From Chthoniobacterales bacterium (GTDB taxonomy: Bacteria > Verrucomicrobiota > Verrucomicrobiia > Chthoniobacterales > UBA6821): 64,000 nt of DNA. Made by a program: the position numbers and the translations under genes. The notes below the pieces were generated by a model, which was given only the letters and a program-made list of their open reading frames with translations, ran no database searches and was not told the DNA's origin. The DNA is taken from assembly GCA_019747735.1 (NCBI GenBank), contig JAIEQL010000032.1:6159-70158 (forward strand). Direction: 5' to 3'. Within the stretch, counting starts at the first letter, position 1; every line of letters begins with the position of its first letter. Below, in pieces: positions 23,151 through 32,923 of the stretch.

Positions 23151-23200
23151 GAGAAAAAAATTTCTTAGTATAAAAGAAAAGCAAGAGCTGAGAAAAGCAA

Positions 23201-23363
23201 TATAGTGGATTAAATTGAAAAGAGCGCTTTAGAAGCGCTGAATTTTTTCTTAAGACAAGGCTGAAGAGTTTAGGCTATCCAAAGATAACCTAAAGGATGA
23301 GAACACAGTCTTAAGGAAAAAGAGCAAGCTTATGATGTGCCCTTTTCAATTTAATCCACTATA
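23201..23363. mobile_element. MITE family C (163 bp) with Correia-like TATAGTGGATTAA termini
   Basis: tatagtggattaaattgaaaag is the exact reverse complement of cttttcaatttaatccactata (22-bp TIR). The right 52 bp recur at 37292-37343. Confidence 0.9.
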
Positions 23364-23506
23364 AGAGGGTGTCTTGAAAATGAATAAAATTGATGCAGTA
23401 CCAGGAGCGAAGCGCACAGACCCGCAGTGTATATGGACATACTCGAGGACGCGAGCACTGGAGCGACGCCGTAATGCGCAATTTTAGTCTTTTCAAGACA
23501 CCCTCT
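23364..23506 (+). mobile_element. MITE family B, copy 1 (RPE/WPE-like palindromic element)
   Basis: TIR agagggtgtcttgaaaa / ttttcaagacaccctct. A near-identical inverted copy is at 37149-37292. Confidence 0.92.
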
Positions 23507-23595
23507 AAATAGGAGAAGGTAGTAACCGCCTTGCTCTTTGTTACGAAGCAATTTCACTGTCTTCTTTAAAAAAAACTGTTACCCTGCCCAGCTTA

Positions 23596-24420
23596 ATGAT
23601 GACGCAAGATTTCCTTAAACACTGGGCAAGCATACTCTTTTTCAAAAGGTTTCCACTAGCACAGGCGTTTTACCTCTACCTGGGACAAACAGCTCTCCTG
23701 GTTATGGAATCGCTTCACTCTATCGTGAAGGGGAGGGTCCGTTGGACTCTTGTCCTGGGGCAATTAGTGGATATTGGCTATGGTTCCCAATTTGTTGTTA
23801 TTGTCACAGGAGCTTTCACGGGAGCGGTTTTTACAGCGCAAATTTTTTATCAATTTTCCACCTTAAATATGAGTTCTGCGGTGGGCCCCGTCGTTTGTGT
23901 AGCTCTTTTTCGGGAGTTGGGACCTGTCTTGACAGGGCTCATGGTAGCAGGGCGAGTTGGAGCAGCGATGAGTGCCGAAATTGGAACGATGAAAGTCACT
24001 CAACAGCTCGATGCTCTCCGCGCTTTGGCAGTTCATCCCATTGACTATCTGGTTGTTCCTCGCGTGGTGGCCATGATTATCTCCATGCCACTCCTTGTCG
24101 CAGAATGTGTTTTTTTTGGTATTTTGTCAGCTTACTTTGTTGCCACCCAGTTACTGGCCATTCCCAGTGTCTATTTTCTACAAAACATTCAGCGATTTAT
24201 TGATGGTCATAATTTAGTAATGTCGTTGGTTAAAGGTTTTGTTTTTGCCATCATCATTGTTTTTATTAGTTGTCAGCAAGGCCTCACCACACGAGAAGGA
24301 GCTGTAGGAGTTGGCAAAGCCACCACAGAAGCCGTTGTGCTCTGCTCCCTCTGCATCCTCATTGGTAATTTCTTTCTCACCATGGTTCTTAATATGGTTT
24401 TCCCTGCCGGTTTACGTTAA
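23596..24420 (+). CDS. mlaE: MlaE family ABC transporter permease
   Basis: RELGPVLTGLMVAGRVG.AM.AEIGTMKVT.Q.DAL, GAVGVGKATT. Confidence 0.95.
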   Translation: MMTQDFLKHWASILFFKRFPLAQAFYLYLGQTALLVMESLHSIVKGRVRWTLVLGQLVDIGYGSQFVVIVTGAFTGAVFTAQIFYQFSTLNMSSAVGPVVCVALFRELGPVLTGLMVAGRVGAAMSAEIGTMKVTQQLDALRALAVHPIDYLVVPRVVAMIISMPLLVAECVFFGILSAYFVATQLLAIPSVYFLQNIQRFIDGHNLVMSLVKGFVFAIIIVFISCQQGLTTREGAVGVGKATTEAVVLCSLCILIGNFFLTMVLNMVFPAGLR

Positions 24421-24421
24421 T

Positions 24422-25195
24422 ATGTCCCTTCCCTTTATTCCACAAAAAGAGATACCGATTATTGAAGTTGAAAATCTCACTCAACGCATCGGAACTCAAG
24501 AAATCTTGCGAGGAATCTCTCTTTCTATTTTTCGTGGAGAAACTCTCGTTCTTCTAGGGCGGAGCGGTGGAGGCAAAAGTGTTTTTTTACGTCACTTGAT
24601 TGGTCTGATGCGGCCTGCCTCTGGAAAGATCCTCATTGATGGGCAAGATATTTCTCATTTAACAGAACGTCAGCTAGAACCAATACGACGCAAGATTGGG
24701 ATGCTTTTTCAAGATGGAGCCTTATTTGATTCAATGGATGTCTTTGAAAATGTAGCCTTCCCCTTAAAAGAGAAAGGAGAGCATGATCTCATCAAGCTCC
24801 GCGAAAAAGTAGCTTCCGCCCTCGAGCTTGTTTCTCTCATAGGTCAGGAAGCAAAAATGCCAGTGACTCTTAGTGGCGGAATGCGCAAAAGAACAGCCTT
24901 AGCGCGAGTGATTATCAGCGAACCTGCTTGTATTTTGTATGATGAACCGACAGCAGGTCTCGATCCTATTGTTTCAGACACCATCAATCGCCTTATCCGG
25001 CGCTTGCAACAGCGCCTCCATGTTACCTCGGTAGTCGTTACCCATGATATGGCCAGCGCCAACCATATTGCCGATCGCGTTGCTCTTTTACACGAAGGAA
25101 AAATTTATTTTTGCGGAACCCTCGATCAATTTCATAACTCTAAAGATCCCCTCCTACGTGATTTTATCCAGGGCCGTTCTCATGAGATTGATTGA
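24422..25195 (+). CDS. mlaF: MlaF family ABC ATP-binding protein
   Basis: GRSGGGKS, MLFQDGALFDS, LSGGMRKR, YDEPTAGLDP, VTHD. ATG at 24422. Confidence 0.95.
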   Translation: MSLPFIPQKEIPIIEVENLTQRIGTQEILRGISLSIFRGETLVLLGRSGGGKSVFLRHLIGLMRPASGKILIDGQDISHLTERQLEPIRRKIGMLFQDGALFDSMDVFENVAFPLKEKGEHDLIKLREKVASALELVSLIGQEAKMPVTLSGGMRKRTALARVIISEPACILYDEPTAGLDPIVSDTINRLIRRLQQRLHVTSVVVTHDMASANHIADRVALLHEGKIYFCGTLDQFHNSKDPLLRDFIQGRSHEID

Positions 25196-25238
25196 ATATT
25201 TTTAACTCTAACTTCAACTTTTACCTTTCACTTTCTTC

Positions 25239-26003
25239 ATGGATTCTTCTCATTACTCAACCCAGCTTCGAGCAGGTATTTTTCTTTTTGTAGGACTTGT
25301 GGCTATTTTCTCGCTCGTTCTTTATTTCGGTCGTTTTAGTGAATACTCCGGGCATTATTATCCAATTACAGTGGAATACTCCAATGCCAATGGATTACTC
25401 AAAGGAGCTGATGTGCTCTTAGCTGGAGCGAGAATTGGAAATATTGACAAAGCTCCCACCGTCCTGCCTAACATGACAGGCGTTGCCGTAGTTTTAAAGA
25501 TTGAGGCCAATGTCCACATTCCTAAAGAAAGTATTTTTTCCATTGGAAGCTCCGGATTGCTCGGTGATCGTTTTGTGACTGTTACCATTAAAGAAGATGC
25601 TAACCTTACCGATACTCTTGCTCCTAAATCAATCGTTCAGGGACAACGCGAATCAAGTCTAGCGGACCTTCAGCAAGAAATGGGAACAATCATTCCAAAA
25701 ATAGATCGAGTCGTTAGCAATGTTGATACGATTACAGAACGTTTAAAAAATGATCTTTTTACCAAAAAAGGAATCACAGAAATGAAAGAGACCCTCTCTA
25801 ATATTCATGAAACATCGGTGCTTCTGGCCAACTCTTCCCAACAAGTCCAGGGAATTGTTAATAAGACATCTTCTTTCTTAAATAAAGGAAACAACGCTAT
25901 GGCCAGCGCTAACGGCGCTATGGAAGACCTGAAAGCCTTCATTAGGAACTTGCGACTTCATGGAGTTATTTTCTATCGTGATACGGCTAAGGGTAGTCGT
26001 TAA
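25239..26003 (+). CDS. mlaD: MlaD/MCE family protein
   Basis: N-terminal TM, GL.KGADV.LAG.RIG, GLLGDRFV, coiled-coil tail. Confidence 0.92.
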   Translation: MDSSHYSTQLRAGIFLFVGLVAIFSLVLYFGRFSEYSGHYYPITVEYSNANGLLKGADVLLAGARIGNIDKAPTVLPNMTGVAVVLKIEANVHIPKESIFSIGSSGLLGDRFVTVTIKEDANLTDTLAPKSIVQGQRESSLADLQQEMGTIIPKIDRVVSNVDTITERLKNDLFTKKGITEMKETLSNIHETSVLLANSSQQVQGIVNKTSSFLNKGNNAMASANGAMEDLKAFIRNLRLHGVIFYRDTAKGSR

Positions 26004-26102
26004 GATTGCTTTGCAATAAGTTGAAGTTGAAGAATTTTTTTGGAGAATTACTTCATTATCAATAACAATTTTTTTGCCAGAAAATAAAACTCTCTTTTTA
26101 AC

Positions 26103-26669
26103 ATGATCCGGATTCGTCCTCTCCTTTTTTCATTTTTTTGCTTCATAGCCATAACCCTTCCCCTGCGCGCCCGTGAAATGGCTAGTGGCGCTATCCAGGC
26201 TCTTCGCGAAGCTGGTCGCCCCGAACTCCTCCTTGGTCTTGCTGAAGTTAAGGGAGAACATGGAGATCCTAATCCTGAAGAATGGATTTTGCTCTGCAAT
26301 GACTCAAGCGCTCCAAGTGGGATTCGGGAACTCATCATTAAAGATCATCACATCATTTCAGAAAGCACCCCCACAGTTGCTTTTAGCGGCACAGGAGCCT
26401 TACCTCAACTTGACTTAAGCAAGCCGCTCATGGAATCAGGAGCTCTCTTTGCCGCTGCCAACCGCAGCGCCATCGATCATCATATCGGATTTGATTATGT
26501 TAATTACTCCTTGCGAATCGATGCCGTCACCGGAAAGCCACTGTGGATTGCGAAACTTTATAAGATCAGCAAAAAAGGAGATAAGCATAAGGATGGCAAA
26601 AAGGAAGATAAGCTTGTCGGGACTCTGCAATTCTCCGCAGAGACAGGAGCAGAAGCGAAGGGGTTGTAG
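26103..26669 (+). CDS. hypothetical exported protein
   Basis: Signal-peptide-like N-terminus, 188 aa, no family recognised. Confidence 0.7.
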   Translation: MIRIRPLLFSFFCFIAITLPLRAREMASGAIQALREAGRPELLLGLAEVKGEHGDPNPEEWILLCNDSSAPSGIRELIIKDHHIISESTPTVAFSGTGALPQLDLSKPLMESGALFAAANRSAIDHHIGFDYVNYSLRIDAVTGKPLWIAKLYKISKKGDKHKDGKKEDKLVGTLQFSAETGAEAKGL

Positions 26670-26743
26670 GAGTGTTGCTGAGCAAGTCAGCAACACTAGT
26701 TCACAGTCTTCAATTTTTAACTTCAACTAGTTTGGAAAAATCC

Positions 26744-27715
26744 ATGACCCTCGTCCTTCTCGCAGCAGGCCTCGGAAGCCGTTATGGCGGGCTCAAACAG
26801 CTCACTCCCGTGGGACCGAAGGGAGAGGTGCTGCTCGATTATTCGGTGCGAGATGCCGTCAAGGCCGGCTTTTCAGAAATTGTTTTTATTATTCGAAGAG
26901 AGATTGAAGAGCTCTTTCAACAAAAAATTCTTTCTCGCTACCAAACTCTTTTTCCTGGTCTCATCATCCGCTACGTCTTTCAGGAACTCACTGATCTAGT
27001 TCCCCCTCACTTCTCCATCACACGGACTAAGCCATGGGGCACTGGTCATGCCTTGTTAGCAGCACGCCATGTTGTCACGACTCCTTTTGCGGTGATTAAC
27101 GCTGATGATTACTATGGTCCCACAGGCTTTGTGCTCCTCAAAAAGTTTTTTGAGAATTTCAGAAAAGGGGTCAGCACCAGTCAATTTGCAGACGCAGTCG
27201 CCAATTGCGGGACTGACCCTTTTTCTGAATACGCCATGGTCGCCTATGAGCTTGGCAAGACGCTTAGCGAGCATGGAAGCGTCTCTCGCGGCATTTGTGA
27301 AACTAGCAAAGGGGTCAGTACCAGTCAATTTGCAGACACAGTGGCCAATTGCGGGACTGACCCCTTTTTCCTCACTACCATTACCGAGCGCACCGCTATT
27401 GAGCGGACATCCCATGGGATTGTTGCTCAAGAAAAAGAGGGACAACTCATTCCTTTGAAAGAAGAGACTTGGGTCTCGCTCAACTTCTGGGGCTTCACAC
27501 CAGCCTTCTTCGCTCAACTCGAAGAAAAATTTTCTCAGTTTTTAGAAAAAGAAAAAAACTTAACAACTACTGAATTTTATCTCCCTCAAGCCATCAACGA
27601 CCTCATCCAGGAAAAACGGGCCTCTGTGCAGCTTTTCCCAACTCCTGATCGCTGGATGGGGCTGACTTATCCAGAGGATCTGGCTGTGGTGCAGGAAGCG
27701 TTAAGAAATCAATAA
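26744..27715 (+). CDS. sugar-phosphate nucleotidyltransferase family protein with two 20-aa palindrome-derived inserts
   Basis: LAAGLGSRYGGLKQ, KPWGTGHA, VINADDYYG, NFWGFTP, EFYLP, W.G.TY.ED. Confidence 0.9.
   Translation: MTLVLLAAGLGSRYGGLKQLTPVGPKGEVLLDYSVRDAVKAGFSEIVFIIRREIEELFQQKILSRYQTLFPGLIIRYVFQELTDLVPPHFSITRTKPWGTGHALLAARHVVTTPFAVINADDYYGPTGFVLLKKFFENFRKGVSTSQFADAVANCGTDPFSEYAMVAYELGKTLSEHGSVSRGICETSKGVSTSQFADTVANCGTDPFFLTTITERTAIERTSHGIVAQEKEGQLIPLKEETWVSLNFWGFTPAFFAQLEEKFSQFLEKEKNLTTTEFYLPQAINDLIQEKRASVQLFPTPDRWMGLTYPEDLAVVQEALRNQ
27164..27223. repeat. intragenic 60-bp palindromic element, copy 1
   Basis: aaaggggtcag...ctgaccctttt encodes KGVSTSQFADAVANCGTDPF in frame. Confidence 0.95.
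27308..27367. repeat. intragenic 60-bp palindromic element, copy 2
   Basis: Perfect 12-bp arms aaaggggtcagt/actgaccccttt; 56/60 identical to copy 1. Confidence 0.95.
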
Positions 27716-27745
27716 AACATCAACAAGGCCACAAATAGGGTGTCT

Positions 27746-30010
27746 TTATTTTTGGTACTGAGAAGGAGTAAAAGAATTTACTGGTCTCTTTATTCGGTTT
27801 GAGCGTCTTGTTTCTAGAGGGGGCTGTTGTTGAGTTTCATAATCAGCAGGGCTAAAAAATTTTGCCTGTCTCAGTATCCGTCCTTTCAACGTTGTTTTGG
27901 GAGCATTACTATTTTTATTAGAGTCTTGTTCTGGAAGAGGAGTGTAAGGGGCTGTATGAATTAATCCAATCAATTCGTTAGGATCATTCACTGATGGAGT
28001 CCCTGATGGAGTCCGACTCAACTCATGAGTCGGTATAACAGCTTGAGACTCAGTCAAACTGGACGAAGAACCCCGAGGTGATTCGTTAGAAAGATTATCT
28101 GTTGAATTTGAGAGCACAATCGAGCCATCACCTGGAAGGCTTACTGGGTTTCCTGTGCCGACATCATTTGCTGTTTGGTTAAAGCGAGGGGAATCTACAG
28201 AGTCTTCTCTATCAGAATCAGAATCAGAATCATATCGAGGAGAACCTGGAGGATTTATACGGGAACTACTTGTTCTGTTGTAACGAGTTGGACGCTCTAG
28301 CGCATCGTCCTTGTTCCACCATTTCTTTATTGTGTTCCACAAGAACGCCGCAATGACGCTTGCAGGTAAAAAATGCCCTATATTCCATTCCCCTGACTCT
28401 AATTTTTTCTCTTGGTGGCCTTGAGCCTGTTCCTTAAAAACTGTTTCATTGCTTGAAGCCTCTGGATGTTTTTCTTCAATAGGCCCTCCATTTTCTGAAA
28501 CAGAAGAATCATTAGCCACTCTTTTTAATTCTTCGAGGACTTCTTTGGGAAGCTTTTCTTCAGGTTGTGAAGAATTATTATCTCCCTTTTGACTCAATTT
28601 GCCTTTCTCATCTAGAGTTTCTAAAAATGCCAAAACATCATAATCCGTCGTAGTTAATGGGTAGGCACCATGAGAAGTTATAGAAATAAAATTGCTTGGA
28701 GACTCTTGATCATGATGAGCTGAGTTACCTCCTTGAAAACGGCTCTTTATCTGAATTACTGGTTCGTCAGAACCAGATTCAGTCATAGGAATAAAACTTC
28801 TTAGAGACGCTTGATTATGATGAGCCGAGTTACCTCCTTCAAAAGAGCCCGTTATCTCAATTGCTGACTCGTTATAATGAGTTCCAGTTCTAGAAATAAC
28901 CTGACTTAAAGACCCTTGATCATGATGTGCCGAGTTACCTCCTTTAAAAGGGTCCGTGATCTTAATTGCTGAGTTGTTATCATGAGTTCCAGCTATAGAA
29001 ACCCAATCTTGATTATCTTGGTCCACAGGACGCCTAATATACTTGCTTAGAACCTGGTTACGTTCTTTCACCCCATCTAAATGAACATAAGGATGGAAAA
29101 ATACCGAATCGCCAGGTGTTAGTACGGGAAGCTTAGAATTCACGTAATTCATCAAGGGTTTATAATCAAGCTGACTAAAGATCGTGACAAGACCTAGTAG
29201 AGTAGTAGTCCTAAGTAGTTGTAGTCGCTTTGACCCAGGGAAATGGGTACGCGTATCATTTTTGTTTTTATTAACTTGTTCATTTGTTTTGACAGGCACT
29301 GCTTCTGGATCATTTCTATTTGCATGAAACTCACCCTCTTCTTCAAATTTACTTTTTGTATTTGATAATATTAGTTCTTTAAAAAGATGTTTGGAGGGTT
29401 CTTCCTGATTGCGGGTTATATCATTCTGGGAAGAGCTTTTTACAATATCTTCGAGTTGACTCACCAAATCAGAAGTGACCTCAATAAGTTGTTCTAGCTT
29501 CTGCTGAACTGAAAGGTCCAAATCGCTAGAAGCGCTAGAAACTAATTTTTCAAGATTGTTATATTTCTGTTGGTATCTCTCTAGATTGTAAGACGATAGC
29601 AGTAGATCGTCTTGAATGTCTCTTAGATTCACTGTTACATTTGAAGAGGAAACATTTCCTAGCTCTTCTTTAGCCTCTTCTATTTTTGTATCTAGCACTC
29701 CTACATCAAAAAGATCCTCAGCCTCACTATCAGTATCTTTCGAAGAATCTGACTCACCAGCAACACTCTCCTCATCATGATCACTTCCTTCCTCTTTTAA
29801 TAGCGTCTTATTAGAAACCGGAATAGCATAGGAAGCATGACTGGTGAGAGCCTTCTCCTGTGCTTTTTTACTAGCTTCTTGCACATTATCTTTTTCAACG
29901 GACTCACCCCCATTTTCACCTTCTTTTTTCCCCTCCATCACTGCCACAGAGAGGCGTGATGAGGCGATCAAGAGGGTAATTAAAAATAATAATAGAGAGA
30001 TTTTTTTCAC
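27746..30010 (-). CDS. orphan signal-peptide-bearing low-complexity protein with three 35-aa repeats
   Basis: Long ORF; GTG 30010 gives VKKISLLLFLITLL. It has acidic and coiled-coil regions, two short hydrophobic stretches and 105-bp repeats. Confidence 0.8.
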   Translation of the reverse strand: MKKISLLLFLITLLIASSRLSVAVMEGKKEGENGGESVEKDNVQEASKKAQEKALTSHASYAIPVSNKTLLKEEGSDHDEESVAGESDSSKDTDSEAEDLFDVGVLDTKIEEAKEELGNVSSSNVTVNLRDIQDDLLLSSYNLERYQQKYNNLEKLVSSASSDLDLSVQQKLEQLIEVTSDLVSQLEDIVKSSSQNDITRNQEEPSKHLFKELILSNTKSKFEEEGEFHANRNDPEAVPVKTNEQVNKNKNDTRTHFPGSKRLQLLRTTTLLGLVTIFSQLDYKPLMNYVNSKLPVLTPGDSVFFHPYVHLDGVKERNQVLSKYIRRPVDQDNQDWVSIAGTHDNNSAIKITDPFKGGNSAHHDQGSLSQVISRTGTHYNESAIEITGSFEGGNSAHHNQASLRSFIPMTESGSDEPVIQIKSRFQGGNSAHHDQESPSNFISITSHGAYPLTTTDYDVLAFLETLDEKGKLSQKGDNNSSQPEEKLPKEVLEELKRVANDSSVSENGGPIEEKHPEASSNETVFKEQAQGHQEKKLESGEWNIGHFLPASVIAAFLWNTIKKWWNKDDALERPTRYNRTSSSRINPPGSPRYDSDSDSDREDSVDSPRFNQTANDVGTGNPVSLPGDGSIVLSNSTDNLSNESPRGSSSSLTESQAVIPTHELSRTPSGTPSVNDPNELIGLIHTAPYTPLPEQDSNKNSNAPKTTLKGRILRQAKFFSPADYETQQQPPLETRRSNRIKRPVNSFTPSQYQK
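28680..28998 (-). repeat. intragenic tandem repeat, 3 x 105 bp
   Basis: The anchor tgat.atgatg.gc.gagttacctcctt starts at 28707, 28812 and 28917 and encodes GGNSAHH(D/N)Q. Confidence 0.9.
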
Positions 30011-30100
30011 GATTCTTAGTAAATAAATTTGGGAGTTGAGAAGAATACTTTTTTTGGCTGATAAAGCAAGAGAATATCTCAAAATAGAGATTTTTTCTCT

Positions 30101-30274
30101 TAGAGCATATTAAAAAATTCTGTAGCCGCTCATTGCGTCGTCGCTTCGGTGCTCGCTCCATGGAGTATTGGCTATATACTCCCTCGCTGTGCGCCTCGGC
30201 TCCTGGCACTGCATCGACTACAAAAATTTTTAATGATACTCTAAAATGGCTGTAGTTTTATTTAAAATGCTCTA
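30101..30274 (+). mobile_element. MITE family A, copy 2 (174 bp)
   Basis: TAGAGCAT...ATGCTCTA ends; near-identical to the other two copies. Confidence 0.93.
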
Positions 30275-30532
30275 ACCTGGGTTCCGAAGTTGGAGTGGAT
30301 GATATTTTTCAATGACTTGGTCTGAAGGTGATTTGTAATAGCATGAGGGGGTATGTGTTATGCATAAGTGATTTGAAAAGGTGCATGGCTAAGGTATTGC
30401 GAAAGATCGCCATTCGTAAGTACGGGCCCCGGGTTAACCAGGGGCCCCATTATTCCTACAATAGGAAAGGGGTACGAAGCCTTATAAAAAAAGGAGGAAG
30501 GCAGTGGGGGGAATGAATAGGCTACATTTACA

Positions 30533-32725
30533 TTATAAATCCTTAGGCTCTAAGAATCCCTCCAGTTGCCTCAAGCGCGTTGGATGACGCATCTTGCGCA
30601 GTGCCTTTGCCTCGATCTGACGAATACGTTCACGAGTTACTTTGAACTGTTTCCCGACTTCCTCTAAGGTGCGAGAATAACCATCAACTAATCCAAAACG
30701 TTGCTCCAAAACTTGTCGTTCCCGCTCTGTTAAGGACTCAAGGACATCTTTGATTTTATCTTTGAGCAAGACGATAGCAGCCATATCGGCAGGATTTTCT
30801 GCCGACTTATCTTCAATAAAATCACCGAAGCTAGTGTCATCGCTATCGCCGACGGGGGCTTGGAGTGAGATAGGCTGCTGAGCCATTTTGAGAACAGCAC
30901 GCACCCGCTCTACAGGGAGCTGAATTTCATCAGCAATTTCTTCTGGACTTGGCTCACGACCATATTCTTGAACAAGCTGTTTTTGCACACGAATTAGCTT
31001 ATTGATGGTCTCAATCATGTGCACTGGAATACGAATCGTACGTGCCTGATCAGCAATAGAACGAGTAATGGCCTGACGAATCCACCAAGTAGCATAGGTG
31101 GAAAATTTGTACCCACGACGGTACTCAAATTTCTCCACCGCCTTCATAAGCCCAATATTTCCCTCTTGAATTAAATCCAAAAAGGAAAGGCCACGATTGG
31201 TATATTTTTTGGCAATAGAAATGACTAGTCGTAAATTGGCTTCAACCATCTCCGTCTTGGCCCGTAAAGCAGCACGAAAATGTTTTTTGAGTTCGCGGTG
31301 GCGCGTTTCAAAATGTTCGGTAGACATCCAGTTGCGATGATGATGCTCTTCTCGTTGTGCTTCTATTGCCTGACGCAAACGACGCGTTGTCTCCTGAGTG
31401 GAAGCACCTTGTTTCTCATGCTCTGCACGGAGCTGCTGCAATGAATGGACATGCTCATCAGCGAGGGTTACAAAATCTTCTGTGATTTTTTGTTTAAAGA
31501 AAAATTTTGGGTAGAGCTTTCCAATTTCTTCTACTTGTTTTTCTAGCTGTTTGGCATCTTTGGGATGAGGCTCTTTTTTGGGGGCAATTTTTTTACTATA
31601 AACTAAGGATATCTCTGTCGCCAAACGCTGCACTTGCTGACAAAGACGTGGCAATATTTTGAGATAGCGCTCACGACTCTCAATTTTTTTATCTAAAATA
31701 ACGCGATCAAAACGCTCGCGAGAATCAAGCAGACGCTGAGCCAAATCGACATGGGCATGAGCAACAAAACCAAAATTGTAGAGGACATTTTTCATGAGTG
31801 CTTCAGCCTCTTCGATGCGTTTAGAAATTTCCACTTCTTGCTCACGCGTTAGTAAAGAGACTTGCCCCATTTGCTTGAGGTACATACGAACAGGGTCATC
31901 CAAAATATCAAGACGCCCGTCGATCTTCTCTTCCTTTTCCTCTTTCTCTTCCTCATCATCTATTTTTTTGACCTCCTTGACACGATCTACATCAGAAGAA
32001 TCAATGACATCGATTTCTACTATGCGGAGCTGAGTTAAAATAGATTCCACCGCCTCTGGTGTGTTCATCCCAATGGGAAGATGCTCCTCAAGGTCTTCGA
32101 AGGTAATGTATCCTTGCTCCTTGGCCAATTTGAGCAGTTCCCTCACTTTTTCTTGAAGAAGTCGCTGCGCCTCAGCGGGCGTTTTAGGAGTTACTTCACT
32201 TTTAATAAAGAGAGCACTACTATTGCCACCCAGAGGGAAACCAGAAGGGGATAACTCCTCTTTTTTTTCTTTCTTTTTGGAAATTAGTGAAGGGGGAAAC
32301 GGGGAGTGAGATGGCCCTTTCTTTTTTAGAGGCTGCTTAGCAAGCGGCTTAGAAGGGGCCTTCTTGTTAGAAACAGCGACCACTTTTTTCTGTGAAAGAT
32401 TTTTTTTAAGATCTCCTTTTTTTTCTTTTGAAGAGGCAGTTACTGCTTTTTTTCTAACAGGCTGTTTTGCTCTCTTAGAAGGTGATGATTTAGAAAGCTC
32501 CTTAGAATGAGAAAGAAATGGTGATGGAGCGGCTTTTTTCTTCACGATAGGTTTACTCTTTTGAGCTGGTAGCAGCTTTTTTTTAGCTGTGACTTTAGCT
32601 ATGGCTGTTTTAGTGAGAATCTTTGGAAGTACCTTCTTCTTGATTAAGGAAGCACGTGAGGAAGAAACAGCTCCTTTTTTGAGAGGAGCAGATTTGTTAA
32701 TAGCTGGAGATTTCTTTTTAGTCAC
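30533..32725 (-). CDS. rpoD: RNA polymerase primary sigma factor with a Lys-rich N-terminal extension
   Basis: [44 protein letters not shown]; downstream of dnaG. Confidence 0.98.
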   Translation of the reverse strand: MTKKKSPAINKSAPLKKGAVSSSRASLIKKKVLPKILTKTAIAKVTAKKKLLPAQKSKPIVKKKAAPSPFLSHSKELSKSSPSKRAKQPVRKKAVTASSKEKKGDLKKNLSQKKVVAVSNKKAPSKPLAKQPLKKKGPSHSPFPPSLISKKKEKKEELSPSGFPLGGNSSALFIKSEVTPKTPAEAQRLLQEKVRELLKLAKEQGYITFEDLEEHLPIGMNTPEAVESILTQLRIVEIDVIDSSDVDRVKEVKKIDDEEEKEEKEEKIDGRLDILDDPVRMYLKQMGQVSLLTREQEVEISKRIEEAEALMKNVLYNFGFVAHAHVDLAQRLLDSRERFDRVILDKKIESRERYLKILPRLCQQVQRLATEISLVYSKKIAPKKEPHPKDAKQLEKQVEEIGKLYPKFFFKQKITEDFVTLADEHVHSLQQLRAEHEKQGASTQETTRRLRQAIEAQREEHHHRNWMSTEHFETRHRELKKHFRAALRAKTEMVEANLRLVISIAKKYTNRGLSFLDLIQEGNIGLMKAVEKFEYRRGYKFSTYATWWIRQAITRSIADQARTIRIPVHMIETINKLIRVQKQLVQEYGREPSPEEIADEIQLPVERVRAVLKMAQQPISLQAPVGDSDDTSFGDFIEDKSAENPADMAAIVLLKDKIKDVLESLTERERQVLEQRFGLVDGYSRTLEEVGKQFKVTRERIRQIEAKALRKMRHPTRLRQLEGFLEPKDL

Positions 32726-32923
32726 TGAATTGAAAAACTAGAAAACGAACGAATAGGAAATGAAGGAAACGATGTACTATAGCGGCTTTTTAAAAAAAAA
32801 CCAGCCCTGATATTTATTTTTTGAAAACCACCTGTTGCACTTCGTTGTTGAATGGGGCGACTATAATCCACTATACAGCATGAATGGTCAGAAGAAAATT
32901 GCGACTATTGCTCCTTGAGTCAC

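Noticed and set aside
27164-27367. DGR template/variable repeat pair
   Set aside because: No reverse transcriptase is present, the differences are not adenine-specific, and both copies are palindromic and inside one gene.
32160-32725. Histone-like Lys-rich RpoD extension, and the 627-aa GreA, as novelties
   Set aside because: Both architectures are already known in PVC and other lineages; they are useful only as taxonomic hints.
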